A DNA stretch of 64,000 nucleotides. Source: Leucoraja erinacea (Eukaryota). Both the position numbers and the translations under genes were made by a program. Shown in pieces: positions 37,601-52,600 of the stretch; position 1 is the stretch's first letter, and each line of letters begins with the position of its first letter. The notes below the pieces were generated by a model. It ran no database searches. It was not told the origin of the DNA and worked only from the letters and a program-made list of their open reading frames with translations. The stretch covers positions 19,592,001-19,656,000 of the forward strand of contig NC_073392.1 in assembly GCF_028641065.1 (NCBI RefSeq), read 5' to 3'.

Positions 37601-40600
37601 AAACTGGTTCACCACTGAACTGGCATCCTTTGGACAAGCTGAAGTAAGCGCTGCCACGCATTTCGCCACAGAGTAATAGGCTTGCTTGTGCAAAAGCACA
37701 GGACCACCTGACTGAGCTGATGAATAGATGGTTCCTGTCAACTGCTTGAGTAGCTCCATGTACCCCATGTTGGGAGTCTTGGATATGACCAAAGCCTGGA
37801 AGAAGTCCAAAATTGCATTCAGAGCCCCTCCTTGCAGCAGCGGTGAGTGAACCAGGTTGAATAGCTCAATCAGAATTGACCCACCGATCTTGGAAACAGA
37901 TGAAGGGTAGACTTTGGCTAGAGACGTCAAGAAGGTGATAGCCATCTGGGAGACATGCATGTCACTCTCCCCAATGAGGGACGGAAGCTCCTTCAAGACT
38001 GACTCAATCATCATTGGCTTTAGGCTGTCACTGTAGTTCTTAATCAGGATATCCAGTGCAGCAAGGGTGCTTAATTTTAATGCACGTTGGTTCTTCCTTA
38101 GAAAAGAGGCCAGGATGGGAACTGCTTCACCAAGAATAGGGCGCAGATCAATTTTTAAAGGAGAACTTGCAATCAGTGTCAAAGTCTTGACTGTGGTCAG
38201 TCGTGTGATTTCATTCTTCAGTCGTTCAAGGAAGATTAGCAATGTGGGATTCAGGTCAGCACCTAGACTGTCTCCCAGATTACAGATGATTTGCCCCGTA
38301 CAGGCAATTGCTCTCTCCTTTACTTCCTGGTCAATATCTGCTGCTTTTAATCTCTTCAAAGTGTTACTAAACAAATCCTTTACATATGGCTTAGCATCGA
38401 ACGAACAAGGTTTGCCCAGTGGACGGATCACCTCTATAAGTTGTTGAGTCACCAGCAGAGCCTCGGAGGTGATTTTGTAAAAAGGGTCACTGATGCAGGC
38501 CACCGTTGGAGGCAACAAAGTCTTAACATGGGGGTGAAACACTTCTGGGGGATGATTGCAGAGAATGACATGGAGGAAGGTCAGTGCATCAATCTTCATG
38601 TTTGAGGTACTTGATTTGTCAGTAAGGGAGTAAATAATGCCTGTAAAATAAAGAAAGTGGGATCAGTTCATTGTTTCTGAGCAATCAAATATTATGATTC
38701 AAGCTAGACAAAATTGTTGGAGAAACTCAGCGGGTGAGGCAATATCTATGGAGCGAAGGAATAGGCGATGGATCGGGTCGAAACGCTTCTTCAGACTAAT
38801 GTAGGGTGGGGGGGGGTGGAAAAAAGAAAGGAAGAGGCGGAGACAGCAGGTTGTAGAAGAGCTGTGGAGGGGAAGGAGGGAGAAAGCAAGGATTACCTGA
38901 AATTAGAGAAGTCAATGTTCATACCGCTGGGATGTAAATTACCCAAGTGAAATATGAGGTGCTGCTCCTCCAATTTGCAGTGGGCCTCACTCTGGCCATG
39001 GAGGAGGCCCAGGACAGAAAGGTTAGATTCGGAATGGGAGGGGGAGTTGAAGAGTTGAGCCACTGGGAAATCAGGTTGGTTAAAGTGAACCGAGTGGAGG
39101 TGTTGGGCGAAGCGATCGCCAAGCCTGAGCTTGGTCTCACCAATGTAGAGCAGTTGACACCTGGAACAGCGGATGCAATAGATGAGGTTGGAGGAGGTGC
39201 AGGTGAACCTCAGCATCACCTGGAAAGACGGCTTGGGTCCTTGGATGTAGTCGAGGGTGGAGGTAAAGTGACAAGTATAGCATTTCCTGCGGTTGCAAGG
39301 GAAAGTATCAGGGGAGGGGGTGGTTTAGGTGGGAAGGGACGAGTTGACCGAGGAGTTACAACAGACAATAGGTGCAGGAGTAGGCCATTCGGCCCTTCGA
39401 GCCAGCATAATTCATGGCTGATCATCCCCAATCGGTACCCCGTTCCTGCCTTTTCCCCATATCCCCTGACTTTAAGAGTCCTATCCAGCTCTCTCTTGAA
39501 AGCATCCAGAGAACCTGGCTCCACCGCCCTCTGAGACAGAGAATTCCACACACTCACAACTCTCTGTGAGAAAAATTGTTTCCTCGTCTCCGTTCTAAAT
39601 TACTTGCCTCTCGTTCTGAAACTGTGGCCCCTGGATCTGAACTCCTCCAACATCGGGAACATGTTTCCTGCCTCCAGCGTGTCCAAACCCTTAACAATCT
39701 TATATGTTTCAATAATATATCCTCTCATCCTTCTAAACTCCAAAGTGTACAAGCCGAGCTGCTTCATTCTCTCAGCATATGACAGTCCCGCCATCCCACC
39801 ACAGACAGACCGGTCTCTGTGGAAAGCAGAAAGGGGAGGAGATGGGAAGTTGTGGCCAGTGGTGGGATCCTGTTTGAAGTGGCAAAAATGTTTGAGAATT
39901 ATCTATTGTCTGTGATGGCTGGTAGGGTGGAAGGCGAGGAAAAGGGGGGCTCTGTCCTTGTTACGAGTAGGGGGATGGGGAGTGAGAACGGAGCTACGGG
40001 ATTATAGAGGAGACCCTGGTGAGAGCCTCATCTATAGTCAAAGAGGGGAACCCCCGTTCCTTAAAGAATGAGGACATCTCCGATGCCCTGGTTTGGAACA
40101 CCTCATCCTGGGTGCAGATGCAGCGCAGACGGAGGAATTGGGAGTAGGGTATCGAGTCCTTATAGGAAGCAGCGTGGGAAGAAGTGTAGTCCAGATAGCC
40201 ATGGGAGTCAGTTGGTTTGTAGTAGATGTCAGTCAGTAGTCTGTTACCTGCGATGGAGATATTGAGGTCAAGAAACGGTAGGGAGATGTCGGAAATGGTC
40301 CAGGTGAATTTGAGTGCCAGATGGAAGTTAGTAGCGAAATGGATGAAGTCATTGAGTTCTGCATGGGTGCAGGAGGTAGCACCAATGCAGTAGTCAATGT
40401 AGCAGAGGTAGAGTTCGGGGATAGAGCCATGGTACGCCTCGAACAAGGATTCAAGCTTATCACCAGAGGTCTCTCTACAAATTCACAGTCCATCCTCAGC
40501 CAAACCCAATCTCCTGGCCAACAACCTTGCAGACCGTGCCAAGATAGAAGTAAAAGCATTTGGTACATCATCTTTTTCTCAAATTTACAAAACTTTACAT

Positions 40601-43600
40601 AGGGATCTTCTTTGCAAATTATCTATTTCAGATAAGAACATTACGCTCAGTCATTATCCACACTCATTCATACCTGGTACCAAGGCTGGTATATGTTCTG
40701 ACAAGCCTCCAGGCAGGACACTAGCCAGTTCGGTTAAAAGGTTGAAACAGCCTTGACGCGTCTTCATACTCTTCTCCTTAAGCTGCTTGTGTAATGCTTT
40801 CACTATGCTAGGTACCTTCAGGAAAGAAAAGCAAAAGGGAGCACGGTGGGCAGAAGAGGGAGGGGCAAGGGAAATAGAGGCGAGGGAAGGTGGAATGGAG
40901 AGGGGATGAGGAATTAGAAGTGAGAGAACAAACATTTTCAAAGTTATATCAAGTTACTTATATGATGTAAACAGAACAAGCACACCAACAAATAGCAAAT
41001 ATTTGAGAAAAAATATTCGAGAGAAAGAACTACACATAGAATGCGGGGGTATTTATAATCACAAACCCAGCTCAATGGAAACCATGAGACGCAAGTAAAT
41101 GTCCTTGATATTCACATGCAACTACATTAAGATACTTTCGTGTGCAACTCTTGCAATTGCACATGCGTATCCCAAGATTAGCTCAACAAGTAATGCTTGC
41201 TAATGAATAGCCCATCTGAAAACAGTAAATATCTTGTGCAACTCAAATCCAATTTTTAATATCCTATGCAAGTGATTAATAAAGTATTACCCTGAGTAAC
41301 TTATAAACAATCCATTGTTTGGTAACTAATTTCCTATCCGCTACCTTGAATCACATTCTCAATCTGCTACTGGGGGAAAACGTATATAGCAGAATCCAAT
41401 TCCCAACCTGCTATAACTGCCAGTAACTGATTGATATGCTGGCTATGTTACACATTTACAATCTATATTAGAGTTTACTGCTTATTGCGATTACACAGCA
41501 GATATTAGCTCCTTATGTTTACTTGTCACCAAGCTTCCTATCCCATCCTAAATATCCTCTGATCTCACCTTGAATACAACGTTGAACGAGCACCCGATAA
41601 CCTACAGAGGATTCTAACCAACCTTGAATGAATTAATTGCCCCTCCACTCAATTCCATATTGTCATTATAATCATCTAATTTAGAGATAGTAACCCCTGC
41701 TCCTCAGCTTTTCAGGTAGAGGAAGCAGCCTCTTGGCACCTATCTTATAAATCCTGCTCAGAGCTATGCATTTTTCATAATAACTTTCAATCTTTGAAAC
41801 TGTACGGAATATTGTGTCACAACTTTAAAATAGTGAGTGTTCCATCACATATACCATTCCCTGCAATCTGATAGTGGTCTATACAACCACTCAGAATGAG
41901 AACATTTCCATCACTCATGTGTTCACAATGTAGCAACATGCAAAGGTAGGTTAAGGCTCACGTGACTGAAATGCATACCTAAAGAATGAAACTCACTTGG
42001 TTTTGAAGCATCACAAGGGGCATGTCTCCTTGCTCCAGTTCATCTGCATTCTGCAACCAGCTCTGAACTGGTTTAGTCTGCTTCAGGAGAGACACGTAAG
42101 CGTGAAATATATCAGCCTTCACATTCTCTTCCCGTTCCTTGAATCTAATAATGAGAGCTGGCGAGACAGTCTTATAAAACTCCTGCAGCATTTCGTGCCT
42201 GGTGCTTATAATGGCATCCAAACACTTGGTGGAAGCTCGACGCACTTTCCAGCTCATGTCATCATCATCCGTGTACTCCTCTTCACTGTCTGATTGTAGA
42301 ATCAAAATGTAAAAAAAAAAAAGCAAATTCAGGTAACAAAACCATCAAATTCATTGCTAAAATGTCTATCACCATTAATTTTATACCCGACTCCATCACG
42401 ACATTTCTACAGAGGTTCAATGCAAATTATGTGAAGACCAGCGTAGCAATGTAACAGGCAAGATTATGGTTTGTGCCGTTCACAATAAAAAAAAGTTGTC
42501 CCCATTTTCTTTGCAAATATGCATCCATCAAACATCATTACTGAAAGAGGTTATTTGTTCATTTATACATTGCTGAACCCTTTGCTTGAATTGGCAGCCA
42601 TGAATCAGCACACGTTAAAAAATGGCCATTACACTTTCTGTCAGTAAAGTTAGCAAAAACAATTCCCGTAGCAACAGTTCTCTGGCCACTGGCACTGTTC
42701 CTACCTGCTTCAAGCATGCGGTGGTCCATCCCCTCCTGCAAAAACCTAACCTCAACCCCGCCTTGCCAAGCAACTACAGACCTATTTCAAAACTGCCTTT
42801 CCTTTCAAAAGTCCTTGAAAAGGTAATTTTAAGTCAACTTATGCCTTACCTTCACCAAAATACTATCTTGGAAACTTTCCAATCAGGTTTCAGGGCCCAC
42901 CACAGCACAGAGTCTGCCTTGTTGAAGGTACATAATGACCTACTTCTCATCGTTGACTCCGGCGACTGCGCAATCCTGCTCCTTCTCGACCTCAGTGCAG
43001 CATTTGATACTGTCGACCACACCATCCTAATTGACTGTCTCCAGTACGGGGTTGGAATTGATGGCACTGCCCTGAGCTGGTTCATCTCCTACCTTAAAGG
43101 TAGGAGTTTCTCTACTAACATAGGCAACTCTTTCTCCTCCCCAGCTTGTCTCTGCTGCGGGGTTCCACAAGGTTCCATCCTTGGCCCCATTCTCTCCTTC
43201 CTGTATATGCTCCCATTAGGCAAAGTCATTCAAAGGCACGCCATTTCCTTCCATTGCTATGCAGACGATACACAACTCTATCTCCCCCTGAAACCCAACA
43301 ACCGATCAAATCTACTTAACCTTATTCACTGCCTCAAGATATAAAGTGTTGGATGGCCCAGAACTTCTTCCAACTAAACGAGAGTAAGTCTGAGGTCATC
43401 CTTCTCAGCCCCTCGGACTCAATCAAAACAATAGCAGGCCGCCTTGGAAGCCTTACCCCATTACTCAAACCTCCAGTCAAAAACCTTGGGGTAATGTTTG
43501 ACTCAGTTTTGAAATTTGACAATCAAGTCAATGCCGTGGTAAAAGCTAGCTTCTTCCAGCTTCGGAAGATAGCTAAAATAAAACAATTCCTGCAGTTCGA

Positions 43601-46600
43601 CGAGCTCGAAAAGATCATTCGCCCATTTATCTCCTCCCACCTCGATTACTGCAACTCCCTTTACACTGGCATCAGCCAATCTTCCCTGTCCCGCCTGCAA
43701 CTGGTCCAAATCGCCGCAGCGAGTCTCCTGACGGGCACCCGAAAAAGGGACCACCTCACCCCGATTCTGGCCTCTCTCCACTGGCTTCCTGTGCAGTTCT
43801 GAATAAATTTCAAGATCCTTCTTTATGTTTACAAAGCCCTTAACGGCCCCCACCTATATCAAAAGTCTGCTTACCCACCAAATCACTTCTAGGTCCCTCA
43901 GATCGGCCGACTTGAGGTTACTGAACATCCCGCGTCTAGACATAAGCTCTGAGGCGACCGTTCCTTTGCGGTTGCAGCTCCTAGACTGTGGAACAGCATC
44001 CCTCTTCCCATCAAAACTGCCCCCTCCATTGACTCTTTTAAGTCGAGACTTAAAACTCATCTTTACTCTCAAGCCTTTCTTGTTGTCCTCTGAGGGAGGG
44101 CTCCATGTATGTATTTATGTATGTACTTAATCTATGGACCACTGTTGTATAACGTTAGTGCCTCCACCAATGTAAAGCACTTTGGTCAACGAGTTGTTTT
44201 TTTAAATGTGCTATAGGAGGTCCTTGTTCATCAGTCAATGAAAGTAAGCATGCAGGTACAGCAGGCAGTGAAGAAAGCGAATGGCATAACAAGAAGAGTT
44301 GAGTATAGGAGCAAAGAGGTCCTTCTGCAGTTGTACAGGACCCAAGTGAGACCACACCTGCAGTATTGTGTGCAGTTTTGGTCTCCAAATTTGAGGAAGG
44401 AAATTCTTGCTATTGAGGGAGTGCAGCATAGGTTCACAAGGTTAATTCCCGGGATGGCGGGACTGTCATATGCTGAGAGAATGGAGCGGCTGGGCTTGTA
44501 TACTCTGGAATTTAGAAGGAAGGGATCTTATTGAAACATATAAGATTATTAAGGGTTTGGACACGCTGGAGGCAGGAAACATGTTCCCAATGTTGGGGGA
44601 GTCCGGAACGAGGTGCCACAGTTTAAGAATAAGGGGTAAGCCATTTAGAACAGAGATGACAAAACACTTTTTCCACACAGAGTTGTAAGTCTATGGGATT
44701 CTCTGCCTCAGAGGGCGGTGGAAGCCGGTTCTCTGGATACTTTCTAGAGAAAACTAGATAGGGTTCTTAAAGATAGCGGAGTCATGGAATATGGGGATAA
44801 GGCAGGAACGTGGCTGATTATGGATGGATGACCGAATGGCCTACTCCTGCACCTATTGTCTAGATTAGTATAACATACTAAGAGGCAAAGCTGGGCCACA
44901 AAACATTCCGAGATCACTGTGGGGCGACTGAGTATTCTTTAACTTAACTTGTTTAGAATTCTCACAATGTAACATTCAATCCCAGACCAGGCCACCCAGC
45001 ACCATCGAATAACAGTACTCTGATGAAAATTTATTGACCCGAAAGATTGACTCCTCTCCTCCACAGCTGCCTGACTTGTCGAGTATTTCAAGCATTTGTT
45101 TTATTATTTCTATAGCTACTTTCCTTGATTAAAATGCCCCACTGGCTTTAACAACTGATATACTAATTTCACCCTAAAAACATTAATGGGATTTTCTCTC
45201 TTCACTTGTCCTCTTTTCTTCTCGAGAGCTTATTTCTGCATTGACAGAGTTTTTCCAAAGGCCATTGTAAATATCCAGGCAATTCCCCCAAGAGATAGTA
45301 AATACTTGCTCATAATTTTGTGACTGAAACTAATAGATTTTTTTGCACAAGATTGTCAAGTGATACAAATCAAATCCAGGTTTCTAACGTATGGATAAGT
45401 CAAGGCCTAAATGAAAAGCAAAAAAGAGATTTTACTGGCCACCTCCTCTCCTATGTTCACCCCAAAGCTGTTGATTACAAATTGTTGTTTCATGGGCAAT
45501 AGAGATTTACAATACCTCACCAGTGGCATTTATTTTTGTCTGAGCTCATGGCTTGAGGTTATAGCATGGTTCACACTGATACTCTCCTCACCTGAAATCC
45601 ACATGTACCATTATTAACCCTGGATGATTGTCGTCCTTTTACCCAGGAGTGTTGAAAGTATCCCACAATAAAATCAGTCAACTAAGGTCAGCCAGTAACT
45701 CAATGGAGGGTCCTCTGGTTAACTATACACAGTATAAATTTGTCATTCTGGCCAGCACCGGAAAAGTCACAAGGCCTTTTCCTTTCCTCTTATTTATGAT
45801 GCCATTCCAACCATTTAACATTGTTGCATTTTGTTTAGAAAGTATAGAAGTAGGCAGCACAATGGTAGAGTTACTGCCTTCGATTCAGACAATGGGTGCT
45901 ATCTGTAGATTTTGCATGTTCTCCCAGTGATCACATGCGTTTTCCACGGGTGCTTCAGTTTCCTCCAATATTTCAAAGACATGCGGGTTTGTAGGTTAAT
46001 TTGCTTCTGTAAAATATCCCTGGCGTATAGGAATGAACAGGTGATTGCTGGTTGGCATGGACTCGGTGGGCTAGAGGGCCTGTTTCAATGCTGAATCTCT
46101 AAACTCACAAGTTTACCTCACATTGTTGAGCACTGACCTTGATCTTCCTCTTCATCACCCTTTTCGGTTTCCATAGCATCTTCATTATCCTCATCTTGGT
46201 CATAGTTGTAATTCGGATCATATGTGATGTACTTTAGGCACAATCCAATCATGGCAGGAATGTGAACTGACATTTCCTTTGGACACCTGAAAAGTGCAAA
46301 CAAAATATTATGCTAGCGGTTTGAAACTGCAGCAGTTATGAAGTTAGTTGTTTAACCATGCATCATTATATCAAATGTTTGCCAATATTTGGGTGCCATG
46401 TTGTCTGACAAAGCACAATACATTCCAAATCAGAATTTAAGCTGAAACGTTAGATGAGAAATGGGATAGTTGGCTTTGATGCAGCCTTACTGAGGCAAGA
46501 TAAGTAGAACAACGATTTGATGACCACACTAAGCTGGCTTTCGTTCATATTTCACTTGGGCAGCTTGCACCCCAGCGGTATGAACATTGACTTCTCTAAC

Positions 46601-49600
46601 TTCAAGTAACCCTTGCTTTCCCCCTCTCCATCCCTCCCCTTCCCAGTTCTCTGGCCAGTTGTACCGTCTCCGACTACATTTTATCTTTGCTTTGTTACCT
46701 TCTCCCAGCTAACAAAGATATATTCTACATTTTTCTTTGAACCTCATTCCCTTTGTCCTGTTTTCACACCTTACACTTCCTTATCTATGTACCTCTCTCC
46801 CCTGACATCAGTCTGAAGAAGAACCTCGACCCAAAACGTCACCCATTCCTTCTCTCCAGAGATGCTGCCTGTCCCGCTGAGTTACTGCAGCATTTTATGT
46901 CTATCATCAGTTCTCATGGTTTCTTCCAAGAGTTGTTCAACAAATATTCGTCAGTTGGCTATGGATGAACAGTGATCAGGGAGAGGTCTCCTTGCTACAG
47001 TTTTACTTGCTGCCATGAGACACCACTGGAGTCAATATAAAGAATTCTCAGGTCTCTCATTGTTCCACCATCCTCAATGGATTTGCACTGCCAGTAGAAT
47101 ACAACGCACCCGAGACTAAGTAACAGTGAGTAAACGAGTTAGAATGGCAACGGCACTGTCACACCACACACAATAAAGCTCATATTGTTAAAGAATGCTA
47201 TTTTTACTCCTCCTTCTTTGTAACCAATGCTTCCTTCCTCACCCCATCTCACCTTCAGCCTCTTCCATACTACGTTACACTGACTTCTGTACAATTCATG
47301 CATAATCCAACCAGTCATCATATTGTAAGAAGACAATCCTTCGCATGAGATCCAAAGAATGGATGAAAAAAGGATGAAAATATGAAATCAAGCTAGAAAG
47401 CAAAAAAATTGGACATAGTTTTTGAGACGGAGCATGGAAACAGGCCCTATGTTCCACCGAGAGCACGTCGACCATCGTTCACCCATTAACACCCGTTCTA
47501 GGTTATCCTACATTCCTACAAACCATCACGTCTTTGGGATGTGGGAGGAAACCCATGCAGTCAAAGAGAATGTACAAACTCCACACAGACAGCATTCAAG
47601 GTCAAGATTGAAACCGGGTCTCTGGCGCTGTTTGGCTGAATCTCCACCAGCTGCATCACTGTGGTTTCAGGTTTTCAAGTACAGAGCAGGATTGATCTAG
47701 AAACATGCCTCCAGACTGGGCTGGTGCACTATCATGGTAAAGGAGTGTGCTAACAAGCGCAGAGTAACGCACCTTCTCACAAATGACTCGAACGCCTGGA
47801 AGCAGTACTCCCGTAGCTCATCATCGTCCACATTGCAGTACTTTACAACCAGCGGAATAATATTCTCCAAATGCTCTCCTAAAAAACAGATACACACAGG
47901 AGATAGTCAATAAGGGGAGGGGGGGGGCCTTGGGGGGGGGGGGGGGGGGTTGCTAAATGTATAAATAAGCTCAAATTGATATTTGAAAAAGTTTATTAGC
48001 TCTTTAAGGCTCTTTCTTTAACACGTCATCAATCACACGCTGAATGCTGTCCCTAATCTTCAGAACTGAGCAAATCTGGGATTTCCACTTTGACTGTTGG
48101 GAAACATCAATGCTACATAGGGTGTAATATTAATGGTAATACTTCATGGTAATTACACAAGGTATTTCACAAAGATAGTGAAAATCTGGAAACTTCACCC
48201 CAAAATTCAGTATATTCAGGACAATTGAAAGAGATTGACGACTCTTTTTGGGCAAGTCTACAGGGGTAATGGAACCATAGTACACTGAAGGAGTAAAGAT
48301 ACATCAGTGGGAGATCTATCTGAATGCAGGATGCTCATTGGGATTAACAACTCACTACCGTTCTTATGCACATTTGGGTTTGATTTAAAGCTTGTTTTAT
48401 GCTATCCTAACAAGCCCTCTCGGGTCAGTTACAGGACGTTGCAGAGCACAATCCTACTCCACCAAGTTGTTAATCATAAGGCCATGGATTAACAATTCAG
48501 GATTTTTCACTATCTCTGCACAAGGTGCTATCACCTCCTCAATATGAACTTTGATAAAGATTTTATATTTTTATCCACCGAAAACGGTGTCTGAGACGGG
48601 CTGGGAAGATCATCAAAGACCCCTCACACCCCAACCATGGACTGTTTGCCCTCCTCCCATCAGGGAGGCGGTACAGGAGCCTCAGGTCACGTACCAGCAG
48701 GATGAGGAAAAGCTTCTATAACAACACAATCACACTGCTGAACTCGGAGTCCCGACGATAGATTTCTCTGGTCCCTCCGTCCCCCTTTGTTTAATCATTC
48801 TGTATTTCCTGATTATTCTGTATCTTCTCTCTTTCTATTTTTTTCTTGTTTTTTCTCTTTATGTACAACTACTACGGACTGACGCAAAACTGCATTTCGT
48901 TGTACTGATACTTGTATTTGTGCGATGACATTAAAGTTGAATTGAATTGAAAAAAAAAAAATATTGAGCAAAATGGAATTCGCTATTCTGATTGCACCCA
49001 TAAACGAGTGAAGAAAAAAGTCAGTATTGCTAAAACAGCTGAGAGCCTTGCAGGCACTCACCAACTCTGTGCCCAGCCTGTCGACTGATGGCACCAATGC
49101 ACTGGATGTAGGTTCTGGTCATGGAGGTAGATTCATTTTTTGATAGTTCCACCATTAGGTGATCCATTAGTTCAGAGAAGAGACAACTGCTGCAACTCAT
49201 CACCAGGTGCCCCAGAGAGATGATGGCTCTCTTCCGAACAGCTAGCCTTGGACTTGACAGCTGGGGTAGCAGACAACTCAGAATGGAAGAATGAAATGTG
49301 ATCAGAGTCCCACCTAATCTGTAAAGAAAGACAAGAGGAGATATTATGTTCTCCTTGAGTTATACATAGACCTGAGTGAGATGAAATCTCCCTTTAGTTC
49401 TGCTTTGACTATGACTAATCTTAATTCCAAAACTCAATTTGGCATCTCACATTTGACATATTCAGTTGGATGGCCATTTATGGCGAACAAAATCTATCTG
49501 GATTTCAAACAAGAAGTTAGAAAGATCTACACTAAAATCGGTTCAGCTTACTAATGAATTGTAATGTTAATTATTACAGTAATACCATATCAAGTACAGC

Positions 49601-52600
49601 GATAGTGTGCTTAAGTACAGCAAGTCCTGTACGTACAGTAAAACATTGTCCAGGGCCCGCAGGAATGATCAGATACAGAATTGTCAGACTTTTAATGTAA
49701 GGGGGGGTGGTTTGGGGAGGTTGAATAAAAGGAAGGTAAAAATTCCATTCTGTTTACTCCAGGTATACTCAGCAATAACACTTGTCTCATGATGAATAAA
49801 TGTAATTTTTGCAGAATCATGCATGAAGGTAGACATATAGTTCCTGATCCTCCTGCCGGTGGAAAAACCTTTCTTCATCAAAAACCTTCATGGGCAAGCA
49901 ACAGCAATCAAAACTTTTTTTCTTTACCTTATTCCTCCATCAAAAAGAATAGCAAAGCACAACCAAACTGACATACTCATTCAAAAGGAAAATGTTGTTA
50001 TTTTAATATACACAGGACCAGTGGGACCCGTTGGGTCCGTCACACGGGAGGCCTGGTCCCCCAACACAATGTTCCTCCTTGGTTCTTGGTTTCTTGGTCC
50101 TCCAAAATATTCCAAATGGAATTTAAACTGGAGGTGGTGAAGGGAGGGCTTAAGCCAGAAAGGGTTATTGGGAGAAAGAGCTACTTTAAATTTAGTTGCA
50201 TCTGGTTGGGTAACTATAGTTGGGTGGAGATTATTCTATGCTTTAATTGTGCAGGGGAAGAACGAATTGCTGTATACATCTGTCTTTGTAGCTGGGATCA
50301 CAAATTGGATCGAATGCCCTCGTCTGCTCCTAATTGGTTTGGGTTTGGTGTAGGTCTTGTAGTCTATGTCGAGCTGACCATTTAACATTTTGTAAAAACA
50401 GGTCAAACGGTGAGCTTCACGTCTGTCTTGGAGAGGGTTCCACCCCAGAGAATTCAGAAGTTTGGTGACACTCGCTTCTCTCTCATAGGTGTTAGTAACA
50501 AATCGAGCTGCCTGTCTTTGGACACGTTCGATGGAAGAAATGTTTTTATTTGTGTATGGGTCCCATGCTGCAACTGCGTAGTCCAAATGAGGTCTAACGA
50601 CCCACTCACCCATGGCCCCCAACTGCGCTGACGTGGCAATAACGTGTAAAAAATAAGATCAATGTGAATGCATCTCACTCTCCCTCTTCAGTCCCCTATT
50701 CCCCTCCTCCATTATCCTCCCTCTCCCCACCCTTCACCAACCCTCCTCTTCTTCCTCCCCTCATCTTCTTCCTCCCCTCATCCCCTTCCTCCCCTCTTTC
50801 CCCTCCCCATCTCCCTTACCTCGTTATCCCTCTTCCTATCCCAATCCTCCTCTTTTTCCCTTCATCCCCAGCACTCCCTCCGCCTCCACCCTCCTTCCCC
50901 TACGCTCAGTCACTTCCTTCCTCCCTCCATAACCCATCTCTCTCCCTGATTCCTGTCATTCCAAGAATTGAGCATCGGGTGTCTCCCGCAATGGCCGCCT
51001 CGCCAACCTCCACCCTCCTTCCCTGTTGTTTTATAGTACGTTAAATGTCAGTCATTCTGTAGCCTTCCTCCCTCCATAACCCTAATCTCGTTCGTTACGG
51101 AGATGCGATTTGTTCCCTGATTCCTGACATTCCCTAAATTGTGAGCATCGGACTGCTGGGGCCCGCAATGGCTCGCCTCGGGCTGTGGACAACATTGTGG
51201 AGCTAGCGATCACTTTCCCAGGGATTCGGAAGTTCCACCGCTGCCTGTTTTATAGTCGTGGAGTTCACAATGTTAGGGGCCATTTTGCAGCAGCTTCGAT
51301 GTAGCGAATGGTTTTTATGTCCGCGGAGGGTGGGTCCGGTAGGCGGCAGGAGGGGGGGTTTCAGGGGCCTCTGAAACTGTCCGCGTTTTATTATTTTTTT
51401 TCTGTGTTTTTTATGTAATCTCGTTCGTTGTGTGGGGGGGGGGGGGGTGGGGAAACTTTTGATGACCCGACCTTTTCTGTTCTCCGTATTGTATCTCCGT
51501 CCGCACTGCGGCCTAACATTGTGGAGCTGGCGGACTCTGCTGGGGACCGGCTTCAGGAGCTCCAACCGCGGGAACCTGTGGACTTAACATTGTGGAGCTA
51601 GCGATCACTTTGCCAGGGATCGACCTGGAGGGAACCGCTTTTCAGGGCTCCTGCAACGGCGACCGAGTTGCGGGGGTCGAAGAGCTCCCTGGGGCCTAAC
51701 ATTGGAATGGCCGCGGGACGTCGCGGCCGGGGTCTTTCACCAGACCCGGTGGTGCGACCTCCACCACCCGGCGTGGTTAATGGCCGCGGGACAATCCCAT
51801 CGCCAGCCGGGGGCTTTGGAGCTCCAAGCCGCAGGAGCTTTTTTTGGCCTTCCATCACAGCTATGTGATGGATGTTTATGTAAAATGTAATTTGTGTTGG
51901 TCTGGGGTTTATTTGTGTGTAATGTATGGCTGCAGAAACGGCATTTCATTTGGACCTCCAGGGGTCCAAATGACAAATAAATAACTATTGACTATTGAAT
52001 AAAGAGGGAAGAACATTAGACTTTATTGCCTTCCATCACAGTGAGGAATCCGCTGTGGTGGATGTTTATGTTAACTTTTATGTAGTTGTGTGTCTTGTTG
52101 CTTTTTTTTTAAATTTGGCTGTAACCCTTGATACTCCTAACACTATTTATATAGACCATGCTCTACCACACCACACACAAGGTTTACAAAAGAGGAAAAA
52201 AGACAGGCATAATTGGTTTTGGAAGATATCGCTGTACAGGATGTGCTTGAAGATTCAATTATATAATCCATTTGGGTAGCGTTAAGTAGCAGTAAAGTAC
52301 AGAAGGCATTCTGTTGCTGAATAATTAGTGGGAGAAAGTAGTAAACACAAAAGTACATTAGATATGTAAATGAATTGTACAACAATGATACTGGGGGCTT
52401 CAATGACCACAAATCATGTGTGGGTAAGATTAACGGGCAAAGGAGGGTGATTTCTGGTGTTCAGGAGGAGCTCCCCAATAACCATGTTTTCATTACAAGA
52501 AAGTGGGTATTACTGGATCAGGCTCTGGGAGAATATGAACAAAATGTTAATGTGAAAAAAATGGGGAATGGATATGACGACAGCAATATTAGTAAAATAT

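Noticed and set aside
38067-38447. 126-aa plus-strand ORF
   Set aside because: Antisense to CAND exon 10; no independent evidence.
45018-45052. CTGATGA...GAAA hammerhead-like motif
   Set aside because: Stem II and the cleavage site are decayed; at most an old relic of a related Penelope tail.
50664-51044. Pro/Ser/Leu-rich ORFs
   Set aside because: Polypyrimidine low-complexity sequence.
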